From: an uncultured Candidatus Saccharibacteria bacterium
GTDB lineage: Bacteria > Patescibacteriota > Doudnabacteria > UBA920
Length of the DNA: 64,000 nucleotides
Reading direction: 5' to 3'
Assembly (NCBI GenBank): GCA_964474825.1
Contig: CAYYWQ010000001.1
Coordinates: 165,609 to 229,608, forward strand
Under the pieces are notes generated by a model. That model was not told where the DNA came from and searched no databases. It was given only the letters and a program-made list of their open reading frames with translations. The stretch's first letter is position 1. Each line of letters opens with the position of its first letter. Positions 46,501 to 55,104 of this stretch are shown piece after piece. A program made the translations under genes and the position numbers.

Positions 46501-46776
46501 AAGCTTCCTTTCGCTGTAACTTTCTTTGGGTTACAGAATAATTATTAGCACTCCTTAAGTATGGTCTCAAATATGGCTCTTGTATAGAGAGAAAAAGACG
46601 TATTTCAACATTACAGCCTGAGCTAAGCCACAAGAAACGTTAACTGCTTCAGTTAAGCAGTTAATTAATTATTTAAATATCAAAAAGCGCAGTAAAAGAC
46701 AGAATTACTTGTAAATAAAGGAACAATTGCCCGCCGTGCTATATACAGTACTTAATATAGAGAGTAGGCTTAAGAT

Positions 46777-46804
46777 AGTTAAATCATTAATTAATTATTT
46801 AACT
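46777..46804. promoter_or_regulatory. Palindromic operator-like site (related copy at 46651-46678)
   Basis: AGTTAAATCATTAATTAATTATTTAACT near-perfect IR upstream of an ArsR gene. Confidence 0.5.
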
Positions 46805-46891
46805 GACCACGAAGTTTAGGTTTTTTCTTTGAATGAAATATTTATTGCAAAAAACCTAAGCCCCGCGGCCGGTTAACAAAAAGGAGAATTT

Positions 46892-47197
46892 ATGTTAACC
46901 GACAAACAAATAGAAAAAATCCGCAAAGGTTTTAACGGTATTGATCAGAGAACAATTTTTAAGATTCTCGGCGACACTAATCGTTATAGAATTTTTGAAA
47001 TGTTAGGCAAACAGTCTAAACTGGCTGTGAGTGATATGGCAAAAATTTTGCGCATTTCAATTCCGTTAGCCTCCCAGCATTTAAAAATCCTGGAACAGGC
47101 TAAAATTCTACAAAAAGAGAGAATTGGCCAAAAAGTTTACTACAAAGTCAGGGCAGACAACAGGATCGGCCGGTCGATAGCCGAAGGAGTGCTTTAA
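46892..47197 (+). CDS. ArsR-family transcriptional regulator
   Basis: FKILGDTNRYRIF...SQHLKILE...GQKVYY. Confidence 0.88.
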   Translation: MLTDKQIEKIRKGFNGIDQRTIFKILGDTNRYRIFEMLGKQSKLAVSDMAKILRISIPLASQHLKILEQAKILQKERIGQKVYYKVRADNRIGRSIAEGVL

Positions 47198-47216
47198 CTA
47201 CAAAGAAACAAAATAT

Positions 47217-47435
47217 ATGTCAAAAACAGACGTAATCATTCTGGCCAGGGAGCTGTTTAAAATAAGGATTAGTTCTTCAAACGAAGGCTTGGCCGAAGAC
47301 GACGGTGTTCACAAAATGAAAGTGAAGGGGATTGGGTCTTATAACAATGAAGCCATAGAAAAGTGGTATAAGGAGGCGCTGGAAACCGCGGAAATTATTA
47401 TTTCCCTGGAAAATAGTTACTTAAATAACGCATAA
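47217..47435 (+). CDS. Hypothetical protein
   Basis: 72-aa ORF within the operon. Confidence 0.55.
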   Translation: MSKTDVIILARELFKIRISSSNEGLAEDDGVHKMKVKGIGSYNNEAIEKWYKEALETAEIIISLENSYLNNA

Positions 47436-47512
47436 AGCGGGTGTAACAAAAATTTTAACTTATCGTTTTATATAACAGAGAAATAATTAAAAATGCTTTA
47501 ACTAGTACATAT

Positions 47513-48001
47513 ATGGACCAACAACAAAAACCAAGCGACCCTAACAAAAAGTATGCCTATATTGCCATAGGGGTGGTAGCAGTGCTTCTTTTGGGCTATG
47601 GAATTTATTCTTACAACCATGACAACTGGAACATTGGCCTTGGGAACAAGGAGCAGGACCAGGATTATTTAGATAACGTAGCACCGGACGCCACAACAAC
47701 GGAGCCTAGCACAGGCACTACCGGAGGCACTAAAAAGCTGGCTTATGGCGACGCCATAAAAGCCTATCCTTACCGCTTCCAGTTTAGTAAGTGCTTGGGT
47801 ACTCCCGCTACCTTGGCTGTAAAAACAGGCTCCTATGTAATGCTGGACAACCGTGACTCTGTGGCTCATACAATAGTGGCGGATAAGCAAACATTTAAAA
47901 TAGCAGGGTTCGATTACGCCCTGGTTCACACCTCTACGCTTGGAAATCTGTCCGTCTTATGCGACGGTAAGCCCCGCGTTACCTTAAATGTCCAGAAATA
48001 A
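47513..48001 (+). CDS. Membrane-anchored protein with a cupredoxin-like C-terminal domain
   Basis: N-terminal TM; PATLAVKTGS.V.LDNRDSVAHTI. Confidence 0.6.
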   Translation: MDQQQKPSDPNKKYAYIAIGVVAVLLLGYGIYSYNHDNWNIGLGNKEQDQDYLDNVAPDATTTEPSTGTTGGTKKLAYGDAIKAYPYRFQFSKCLGTPATLAVKTGSYVMLDNRDSVAHTIVADKQTFKIAGFDYALVHTSTLGNLSVLCDGKPRVTLNVQK

Positions 48002-48025
48002 TTTAACCTAAAGGAGAACTAATCT

Positions 48026-48382
48026 ATGGATTCATATAACTCACCCAGTACCAAGCCTCTCTACAGAGGCACACAAATAGTTTGGTATATTACCGGACTT
48101 TTAGAAGCCTTATTGGCTTTCCGTTTTCTGTTAAAGTTGTTCGGGGCCAACCCGGCCGCGGGTTTTACCGACTTTATTTACAGCATTACCTACCCGTTCG
48201 CAGCGCCTTTCCTCAACGTATTTAAAATTACCAAAGTGGAAGGAAGTGTTTTTGAATGGACAACTTTGCTGGCCATGCTGGTTTACTGGCTAATTGCTAT
48301 GGCCATAGTTAAACTCTTCGTTATGGGTAAAACCGTTTCCACTCCCGAAGCGGCTGTAAAATTGGACAGCCAGGACAAATAA
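48026..48382 (+). CDS. YggT-family membrane protein
   Basis: LAFRFLLKLFGANP..GF..FIY.IT.PF..PF. Confidence 0.8.
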   Translation: MDSYNSPSTKPLYRGTQIVWYITGLLEALLAFRFLLKLFGANPAAGFTDFIYSITYPFAAPFLNVFKITKVEGSVFEWTTLLAMLVYWLIAMAIVKLFVMGKTVSTPEAAVKLDSQDK

Positions 48383-48409
48383 CATAACATAAATAGAAAG
48401 GAAAAATTT

Positions 48410-48772
48410 ATGCCAAAAGCATCTAACACAGGAAAAGTGGCCGGAGTTGTAGGACTTGCCGCGGCTGGGGTTGCCGCCGTAGCTACCGGATATTATTTTT
48501 ATGGTAAAGACGGCAAGGAGCACAGGAAAGAGGCCGGGGCTTGGGCTAAAAAAGCCAAGCTGGAAGTCTTGCAAAAAATTAAAGTAATGAAAACAGTAAG
48601 CCAGGCTGCTTACCAAAAAGCAGTAGCCGAAGTTATGACAAAGTATAAGCAGGTTAAAAGCATTGACCCTAAGGAACTTAGTGCCTTTGGAGAAGAGCTA
48701 AAAGGACACTGGGCGGATATTTCCAAGAAAGCGGCAAAGCTAACACGAAAAGCCGGAACTAAAAAAAGCTAA
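48410..48772 (+). CDS. YtxH-like protein
   Basis: Ala-rich TM then YYFYG...W..KAK.EV; paralog of 50486-50857. Confidence 0.6.
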   Translation: MPKASNTGKVAGVVGLAAAGVAAVATGYYFYGKDGKEHRKEAGAWAKKAKLEVLQKIKVMKTVSQAAYQKAVAEVMTKYKQVKSIDPKELSAFGEELKGHWADISKKAAKLTRKAGTKKS

Positions 48773-48784
48773 GAGTCTATATTT

Positions 48785-49129
48785 ATGAATATTCTTTCTG
48801 TAATTATTTTTGGAGCCATGACCGGATTTATTGCCTATAAAGTTAAGGCTTCCAATTTTAGCATGGGATGGAATATTTATTTAGGAGTCTTAGGTGCTAT
48901 TTTGGCCAGTTGTGTTATGGCTTATATTAATTTTGTCTACAACCTGCCCACGCATTTTACCGCAGGCTTCAATTTATTTAGCATAGCGGTGGACGTTGTG
49001 GGGGCATTGTCCTTAATTTACGCGCCCAGGTTTTATAACAAAACTGCAAGTAAATTTAGTAATAGCCAATTATTAATTAGCCTAATAAACAGGCTAAGAG
49101 AAAGGGGATTATATGGCCACAACAGATGA
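48785..49129 (+). CDS. GlsB/YeaQ/YmgE-like membrane protein
   Basis: IIFGAMTGFIA...NIYLGVLGA...GFNLFS. Confidence 0.65.
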   Translation: MNILSVIIFGAMTGFIAYKVKASNFSMGWNIYLGVLGAILASCVMAYINFVYNLPTHFTAGFNLFSIAVDVVGALSLIYAPRFYNKTASKFSNSQLLISLINRLRERGLYGHNR

Positions 49130-49259
49130 CGACGCGGTACAAGCTCAACAAGAGGCCGACAAGTCTCAAGAAAAGGCGGATCAAGTCCGGGAGCAGGCGG
49201 CAGACGAGCATCGCGAAGCTGCTAAGGAAGAAGAGGAGAAGGCTGAGGCCTTAGAATAG
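49113..49259 (+). CDS. 48-aa acidic helical protein (not in the ORF track)
   Basis: GAAAGGGG SD; MATTDDDAVQAQQEADKSQEKADQVREQAADEHREAAKEEEEKAEALE*. Confidence 0.65.
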   Translation: MATTDDDAVQAQQEADKSQEKADQVREQAADEHREAAKEEEEKAEALE

Positions 49260-49297
49260 TTGTTCTATTAATTTAATTAATTATTAAAAATAATTAT

Positions 49298-49546
49298 ATG
49301 GGTATTATACTTTGGATAATCTTTGGTGCGTTAGTGGGATGGATAGCGTCTCTAATTATGAAAACAGACGCCCAGCAGGGAGCCTTGCTTAACATTGCCG
49401 TGGGTATTGTTGGCGCAGTTTTAGGCGGCTGGATTATGAGCGCCATAGGTAAGAGCGGTGTAACCGGCTTTAACCTTTACAGTTTCCTGGTTGCTCTTCT
49501 TGGCGCTGTAGTGTTAATTTGGATTGTAAAAGCCATAAGGGCTTAA
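49298..49546 (+). CDS. GlsB/YeaQ/YmgE stress-response membrane protein
   Basis: [21 protein letters not shown]...[13 protein letters not shown]...VTGFNLYS. Confidence 0.92.
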   Translation: MGIILWIIFGALVGWIASLIMKTDAQQGALLNIAVGIVGAVLGGWIMSAIGKSGVTGFNLYSFLVALLGAVVLIWIVKAIRA

Positions 49547-49574
49547 AAATTAAATAATGTTGAAAGGATTAATT

Positions 49575-49766
49575 ATGAGACAGTTGTCTTGTGCATCAAT
49601 GGGTGATTCCTCATGCAATTTTGTAGCAAAGGGAGAAAATGACGAAGAAGTTGTGGCTAAAATGCAGGAACATGTTAAAACCGCGCATCCGGACAAAGCA
49701 GCGGAAGGCGCGGACGCTGAAGCCATGAAAGAAAAAATGATGGCGGCAATTACAGATGTTGCTTAA
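49575..49766 (+). CDS. DUF1059 small metal-binding protein
   Basis: LSC..MG...CNF...G...EEV......HVKTAH; SD before the ATG at 49575. Confidence 0.8.
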   Translation: MRQLSCASMGDSSCNFVAKGENDEEVVAKMQEHVKTAHPDKAAEGADAEAMKEKMMAAITDVA

Positions 49767-49812
49767 AAAGATTTTATAAAACATTCCCAAGTCTAGAGCT
49801 TGGGAATGTTTT

Positions 49813-50439
49813 TTATTTAAGCAAAGATTTTAAATTGGCAATTTTTCCGTCCGTAATTTTCCATTCGTAAATGTCGGAATTGGCAATGTCTTTGGTGGTT
49901 TCTTTGCCGCGGTAAATGCGTGGGATCTCGGGAAAGTGGAACAGCAGCATGCGAATTACGCCATTATGGCAAATTACACCAACATTTTTCCCGGAATTGT
50001 TGGTAATAATGTCTAAAATAGAACTAAAGGACCGTTGCCTTACGTCTTCCGCGTTCTCGCCGCCAAACGGCCGGTAATCGTAAACTTGCAGGAGTTCTTT
50101 TTCGCGGTTGTCGGGCAGTATTTTGTCCCATTCCTCCAGGCTCTTGCCGGCCAGGCTGCCAAAATCCCGCTCATGCAAACGGCTGTCGTGAATAACTGGA
50201 ATGGGTTTTTCCAATTTTTGGTTTAAAAGTGCGGCGCTTTCTTCGGCCCGGTGCAGGTAGGAAGTATAAAGAATGTCCAGGCTTAATTCCTTAACAATTG
50301 GTACCAGCTTTTCCATTTGGATTACCCCGTTAGTGTCCAGGTAGTCGTCCAGTAAAATTCCCTGGCGGACGTGTTGCGCGTTGCTTGGGGTTTCCCCATG
50401 GCGAATAAAATATAGAGTGGTTTGGGGTTGATCTGGCAT
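49813..50439 (-). CDS. Histidine phosphatase (PGM superfamily)
   Basis: RHGET, ERDFG, GE and HNG motifs. Confidence 0.9.
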   Translation of the reverse strand: MPDQPQTTLYFIRHGETPSNAQHVRQGILLDDYLDTNGVIQMEKLVPIVKELSLDILYTSYLHRAEESAALLNQKLEKPIPVIHDSRLHERDFGSLAGKSLEEWDKILPDNREKELLQVYDYRPFGGENAEDVRQRSFSSILDIITNNSGKNVGVICHNGVIRMLLFHFPEIPRIYRGKETTKDIANSDIYEWKITDGKIANLKSLLK

Positions 50440-50448
50440 AACTTTAAA

Positions 50449-50478
50449 ATCCGCCCCGGATTTTCGCTCGGGGCGGAT
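50449..50478. repeat. ATCCGCC...GGCGGAT element (family E)
   Basis: Same ends as 10839-10874. Confidence 0.5.
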
Positions 50479-50485
50479 AAATTTA

Positions 50486-50857
50486 TTATTTAGATTTTTT
50501 GCTTGTTTTCGCTTTTGCGGCCGGAGGCTTGGGTAGGTGCTTGGCAATGTCTTTCCAGTGGCTTTTGAGTTCTTTGGTTAAGTGGTCCAGTTCTTTTGGG
50601 CTGGCGCTTTGCAGTTTTTTGTATTTATCCATTACCTGGCTAACCGCCTCTTCATAACCCTGCTGGCTCAGTTCTTTCATTTTTTCCATTTGCTCCATAA
50701 CGTCTGCCTTGGCTTTTACGGTCCAGGCCTTCATTTGACCGCGGTGCTTTTTGGCTTCCTTGCTTCCGTAAAAATAATAAGCTCCGGCTGCGGCCGCAAG
50801 GGCGGCAAGCCCTGCCGTGGCTTTAACTAGTGGGTGGGATGATTTGTTTGTAGGCAT
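50486..50857 (-). CDS. YtxH-like protein
   Basis: Paralog of 48410-48772. Confidence 0.6.
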   Translation of the reverse strand: MPTNKSSHPLVKATAGLAALAAAAGAYYFYGSKEAKKHRGQMKAWTVKAKADVMEQMEKMKELSQQGYEEAVSQVMDKYKKLQSASPKELDHLTKELKSHWKDIAKHLPKPPAAKAKTSKKSK

Positions 50858-50882
50858 AGTGTTATTTATTAATAATAAATTT

Positions 50883-51008
50883 TCTACTAAATACTAAATT
50901 AAACTAAAAGTACGACACAGTCATCCGACATGTCGTCCCGTCGAATGACTGGGACGAAATCTAGGATTTTAAGTTTTAGTATTTTTAGTTATTTTCGTAT
51001 TTAGTAGA
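50883..51008. repeat. MITE-like family A, copy 2 (with GACACAGTCATCCGAC core)
   Basis: TCTACTAAATACTAAA ... TATTTAGTAGA ends; core shared with 58146-58270. Confidence 0.85.
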
Positions 51009-51010
51009 GG

Positions 51011-51277
51011 TTACTTTTTCTTGCTCTTTTTATAAATGTTGCTAAAAAAACTGCTGAAGAATTTTAATTTTGCGCCTTGTTCCTTAACATTTTGGCGCAG
51101 TTCCGAAAGCTCCCCGGAAATTATATCTGCCTCGCTTTTGGCTTTGCGGCTAATATATTTAATGTCTTTGAGTATCTTAATAACATAAACGGCCACAATG
51201 GCTAAAAGTATCGTTAAAATTACCACTGCTATAGAGGTAATAAAGAAAAATATATGCATTTGGTAGAAATCTGTCAT
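51011..51277 (-). CDS. Small single-TM coiled-coil protein
   Basis: N-terminal TM followed by a helical region. Confidence 0.65.
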   Translation of the reverse strand: MTDFYQMHIFFFITSIAVVILTILLAIVAVYVIKILKDIKYISRKAKSEADIISGELSELRQNVKEQGAKLKFFSSFFSNIYKKSKKK

Positions 51278-51295
51278 ATATCTATTATATCACAC

Positions 51296-51850
51296 TTAAC
51301 CGTGGGCAGGGGAGTCTTGGTATTTTTGGAATAATTCTTCCAAAATGTTTTGGTATTGTGTGCGGATGTTTTCGTCCCGGCCAACTTCCAAAACCTCGTC
51401 GTTAATATTGGTTGCCGAAGTTGTCCAGTTGTAACTGCCGCTGGCATAGGCTTTGTCTGTAACTACGGCCTTGGTATGCATAATGCCGTCCACGTTCCTT
51501 TCGTAAATTTTAATGTCCGCTTCTTTTAACGCTTTAATAATTTCTTTTTGGCCGCTCGCACCGTCAATTTGGTTACGGTCAGTTAAGCCTACAACTTTAA
51601 GCCCGCGGTATTTGGCCCCAAGCAGGGCGTCTTTAATGTCTTGCCTGGTAAAAGTATAAATAGAAAAATACACAAACTTATCCGCGTCTTGAATAACATC
51701 TATAATTTCCTTGTTTAGCGCGTGGTCGTGATTATAGTAAACTGAAATTTGATGCTGAGGCTGGTAGTGGTAAGAATAGTAAAACTGCCCACAAGCGGCA
51801 ATTAGTAGAATTATAATTATTAAATAAACTTTTTCTTTTAAGGTGTTCAT
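51296..51850 (-). CDS. Phospholipase D-like (Nuc/Zucchini) protein
   Basis: Single HxK(x)4D motif (HTKAVVTD) and GSYNWT; N-terminal TM. Confidence 0.88.
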   Translation of the reverse strand: MNTLKEKVYLIIIILLIAACGQFYYSYHYQPQHQISVYYNHDHALNKEIIDVIQDADKFVYFSIYTFTRQDIKDALLGAKYRGLKVVGLTDRNQIDGASGQKEIIKALKEADIKIYERNVDGIMHTKAVVTDKAYASGSYNWTTSATNINDEVLEVGRDENIRTQYQNILEELFQKYQDSPAHG

Positions 51851-51859
51851 TTGTTTTTC

Positions 51860-51948
51860 TGTCTTTACGAACTACGAAGCAATACTAATATACGAATTAA
51901 ACTGTTGGCATTAGTATATTCGTAACAATTAGTAGTTAGTAAAGACAG
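51860..51948. repeat. Family A-related inverted-repeat element
   Basis: CTGTCTTTACGAACTAC ... GTAGTTAGTAAAGACAG ends with TACGAA/TACTAA units. Confidence 0.6.
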
Positions 51949-52380
51949 TTATTTAAATTCCCTAATTTCTTTATTGGCTTCCCTTTTTTTCACATACTCC
52001 CTTTTGTCAGTTTTCTTTCTGGCTTTACCTAACCCAATCTTTATTTTTAAAAGCCCGCGGTGACCCAGGAAAATTTCTAAAGGAATTACCACCAAGCCTT
52101 TTTCTTTGCCTAGGAGCTGGTTTATTTCGTGTTTATTTAAAAGTAATTTGCGGGTGTGGGTAGGGTCGTATTTTTCATTAGCCGCGTATTTGTAAGGCCC
52201 AATATGGCAGTTAATTAAATTGGCTCCGGAAGAGGATACAGTAACATAGCTGCCTGTTAAGGAAACATTCCCAGATTTAACAGACTTAACTTCAGCTCCT
52301 GAAAGCACCAAGCCCGCCACTAAAGTTTCTTTAATGTCGTAATCAAAATTTGCCCTGCGGTTGTCTGCGAGAGTTTTCAT
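51949..52380 (-). CDS. smpB: SsrA-binding protein
   Basis: NRRANFDY...AGLVLSGAEVKS...RKLLL...DKRE motifs. Confidence 0.96.
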   Translation of the reverse strand: MKTLADNRRANFDYDIKETLVAGLVLSGAEVKSVKSGNVSLTGSYVTVSSSGANLINCHIGPYKYAANEKYDPTHTRKLLLNKHEINQLLGKEKGLVVIPLEIFLGHRGLLKIKIGLGKARKKTDKREYVKKREANKEIREFK

Positions 52381-52421
52381 ATAAATTGACCTTAAACTTT
52401 CTTTATTATACTATTTCTTTT

Positions 52422-52622
52422 ATGAATAGCCCAGTACCAAAGGGGGAAAGAACGGTGTTTTGGTCTGGAATGGTCCAGAAAGAAAGCCAGTTAAGGTTGC
52501 TTTATGGGCCCGGTCCTTTTCCGGCCACCCCGAGCGAATTTTCCGGCGGCTTTCTGTGGATCCTTCAAATCGGGGACAAAAAAGTCCCCGCACTATCGAA
52601 TCAGATCCAAGACCGTCTGTAG
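52422..52622 (+). CDS. Hypothetical small protein
   Basis: TTGACC...TATACT upstream; 66 codons; terminator AATCGGCCC...GGGCCGATT with a T-run. Confidence 0.4.
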   Translation: MNSPVPKGERTVFWSGMVQKESQLRLLYGPGPFPATPSEFSGGFLWILQIGDKKVPALSNQIQDRL

Positions 52623-52718
52623 TATTTTTCCTATATTTAGGAATCGGCCCAAGTTCCCCCGGGCCGATTTTTTTTGTTTCACTTTTTAGCATGTTTTATG
52701 CTATAATAAACGCATAAT

Positions 52719-54458
52719 ATGCCAAGTGAAACATCAAAACTTTATTTGCAGCACTTGCTGGCCGGAGCGCTTTCCGACCTCCAGTTAACTTCACAATTGT
52801 CTGCTGAGCCCGAAGTTTCCCTGCCTGACTCTCGTTTTGGTGACTACACCACCAATGTCGCTATGGTTCTTGCAAAAAAGTTAAAAGAGAACCCTAAAGC
52901 CGTTGCCGAAAAATTGGCTGAACGTATTAAAAATTTGGACACAACAAAAGTGTTTAGGGGTATTGAAGTGGTCGGTGGTTTTATAAACTTTAATTTGTCA
53001 CAAGATTTTTTGCTTCAGAACCTGACTAAAATTTCTGAACAAAAAGACAATTTTGGCTCTTCTTGGAATAATGAAGACAAAACCGTTGTTGTGGAATATT
53101 TCCAAAACAATGTGGCCAAGCCGCCGCATGTGGGGCACTTACGTTCCGCAGTAGTTGGGGACAGCCTGCTTAGGATTTTTAGGTTCTTGGGTTACAACGC
53201 TATTTCCGACACGCATATTGGCGACTGGGGCACCCAGTTTGGTATTTTAATTTTGGCTTACAAAACTTTGGGGGACCAAAAAATAGTTGAGGAAAACCCT
53301 ATTGAAGAGCTGAATAAGTTGTATGTGGAAATGTCTGGGAAAATTGAGCAGCAGCCGGAACTTAGGGAGCAGGCCAAAGCTGAATTTAAAAAGCTGGAAG
53401 ATGGCGACAAGGAAAACCGAAAGCTCTGGGAATGGTTTGTAAAAGAATCGCTGAAAGATTTTGAGCGCTACAGAAAACTTTTGGGACTACTTCCGTTCGA
53501 TAACAATCTTGGCGAAAGTTTTTACGAAGACAAAATGCCGGCCATACTGGAAGAGCTAAAATCTAAAAATTTAGTTAAGACCGGGGAAACAGGCGAGCTT
53601 TATGTGGACTTGGAAGAGTATAGTCTTGGGAGGTGTATTTTAGTAAAGTCAGACGGTGCAACAACGTATCACTTGCGCGACTTTGCCACTTACATTTATA
53701 GAAGAAAAGAATTTAATTTTTACAAAAATATTTATGTAGTAGATAATCGCCAGGCGCATCACTTTAGGCAGTTGTTTAAAATTTTAGAACTGGCCGGGTA
53801 TCCTACAGCTATAGATAGCGCGCATGTTGAACTTGGCTTTATGAGTCTCCCGGAAGGGCCAATTTCCACCCGCAAGGGAAATATTATTAGCCTTCAAAAC
53901 TTAGTGGACGAAGCAGAAAAGCGGGCCTTACAAATTATTGAGGAAAAAAACCCGGAACTTAAAAACAAGAAAGCAGTAGCCGGACAAGTGGCCCGCGCTT
54001 CCATAAAATATTTTGACTTAGTCCATAACAGGAAAACAGAATTCGTCTTTACTTGGGACAGCGCGCTTTCCTTCGACGGCAACACAGGCCCTTACTTGCA
54101 ATATACCCACGCGCGGATTCACGGCATTTTACGGAAAGCGGGCAAGCAAGAAAAATCGGAAGCAGGAACTTTTGACGTTACCGCGGAATATAACGCGCAT
54201 GAAATTGCGGTTTTGCGGAAATTAAACCAATTTGCTGAGGTTTTGGAGTTTGTGGCTGTAGATTACATGCCAAACCTATTGTGCAACTACTTATTTGAAC
54301 TTTCCCAGGAATTTAATTCTTTTTACCAGGAAGTGCCGGTTCTGCAGGAAAAAAACAGCATGCTTCGGTCATTTAGATTAGAATTAATAACCGCCACCGC
54401 CCAAGTCCTAAAAAACGGTTTGAATTTACTCGGTATCGAATCTCCGGAGGAAATGTAA
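52719..54458 (+). CDS. argS: Arginine--tRNA ligase
   Basis: NVAKPPHVGHLRS, HIGDWGTQFG, KSDG and GNTGPYLQYTHAR motifs. Confidence 0.97.
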   Translation: MPSETSKLYLQHLLAGALSDLQLTSQLSAEPEVSLPDSRFGDYTTNVAMVLAKKLKENPKAVAEKLAERIKNLDTTKVFRGIEVVGGFINFNLSQDFLLQNLTKISEQKDNFGSSWNNEDKTVVVEYFQNNVAKPPHVGHLRSAVVGDSLLRIFRFLGYNAISDTHIGDWGTQFGILILAYKTLGDQKIVEENPIEELNKLYVEMSGKIEQQPELREQAKAEFKKLEDGDKENRKLWEWFVKESLKDFERYRKLLGLLPFDNNLGESFYEDKMPAILEELKSKNLVKTGETGELYVDLEEYSLGRCILVKSDGATTYHLRDFATYIYRRKEFNFYKNIYVVDNRQAHHFRQLFKILELAGYPTAIDSAHVELGFMSLPEGPISTRKGNIISLQNLVDEAEKRALQIIEEKNPELKNKKAVAGQVARASIKYFDLVHNRKTEFVFTWDSALSFDGNTGPYLQYTHARIHGILRKAGKQEKSEAGTFDVTAEYNAHEIAVLRKLNQFAEVLEFVAVDYMPNLLCNYLFELSQEFNSFYQEVPVLQEKNSMLRSFRLELITATAQVLKNGLNLLGIESPEEM

Positions 54459-54505
54459 AACCGCGGATTAAACGCGGATAACTACGCTGGTCGAACGCTG
54501 ATTTA
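54459..54505. repeat. Short tandem ACGC(G/T)GAT-type repeats
   Basis: CCGCGGATTAA-ACGCGGATAACT-ACGCTGGTCGA-ACGCTGATT. Confidence 0.55.
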
Positions 54506-54530
54506 AAGATAAAATTATTAAATAACACAC

Positions 54531-55103
54531 ATGAGTGAAATGGATAATAAAAGGGGAGATGTAAATTTTTCCTCGACCCCGGAATTAGATAAATTACAGA
54601 GGGATACGGTTAAAAATCAGTCAACCGGGAATAATGAAAATTATTCTTTAGATGAAGGTCGGGTTGCCTTTGGAAATTTGGCAATATTTTTAGTAATGGG
54701 AGTCCTAATTATATTAGGATGGTTAGGATTTGAATGGGCCGAGTACGCTTTTATAATTAGTCTTTATACTATTCTAGGTGCTTCATTGGTGCAGAAAAAA
54801 ATTTCGTTCAGCAAGAATACTAGAGCCCCCAGTGTAGGTTTGCTGATAATCAAAGGGAAGAGGGCTATATTTTTGTCTATTTTATTCATTTTAGTTTTAA
54901 CTATAATTCTTTTGCTTACTCAAACGAATATTATGGATTTTATTTTAGTAAGCGGATCCACTTTTGAACACCAGTTAAACCTTAGCCCATTATTGATTGC
55001 GTTACTACCAGGTATTATTGTTGGTTATTCATACGTGAAATTAAGCGATTATTGGGAACAAATTTCTTTACGAAAATATAATAATGTAATATCAGGAAAT
55101 TAA
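54531..55103 (+). CDS. Hypothetical membrane protein
   Basis: About four TM segments; AT-rich. Confidence 0.6.
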   Translation: MSEMDNKRGDVNFSSTPELDKLQRDTVKNQSTGNNENYSLDEGRVAFGNLAIFLVMGVLIILGWLGFEWAEYAFIISLYTILGASLVQKKISFSKNTRAPSVGLLIIKGKRAIFLSILFILVLTIILLLTQTNIMDFILVSGSTFEHQLNLSPLLIALLPGIIVGYSYVKLSDYWEQISLRKYNNVISGN

Positions 55104-55104
55104 T

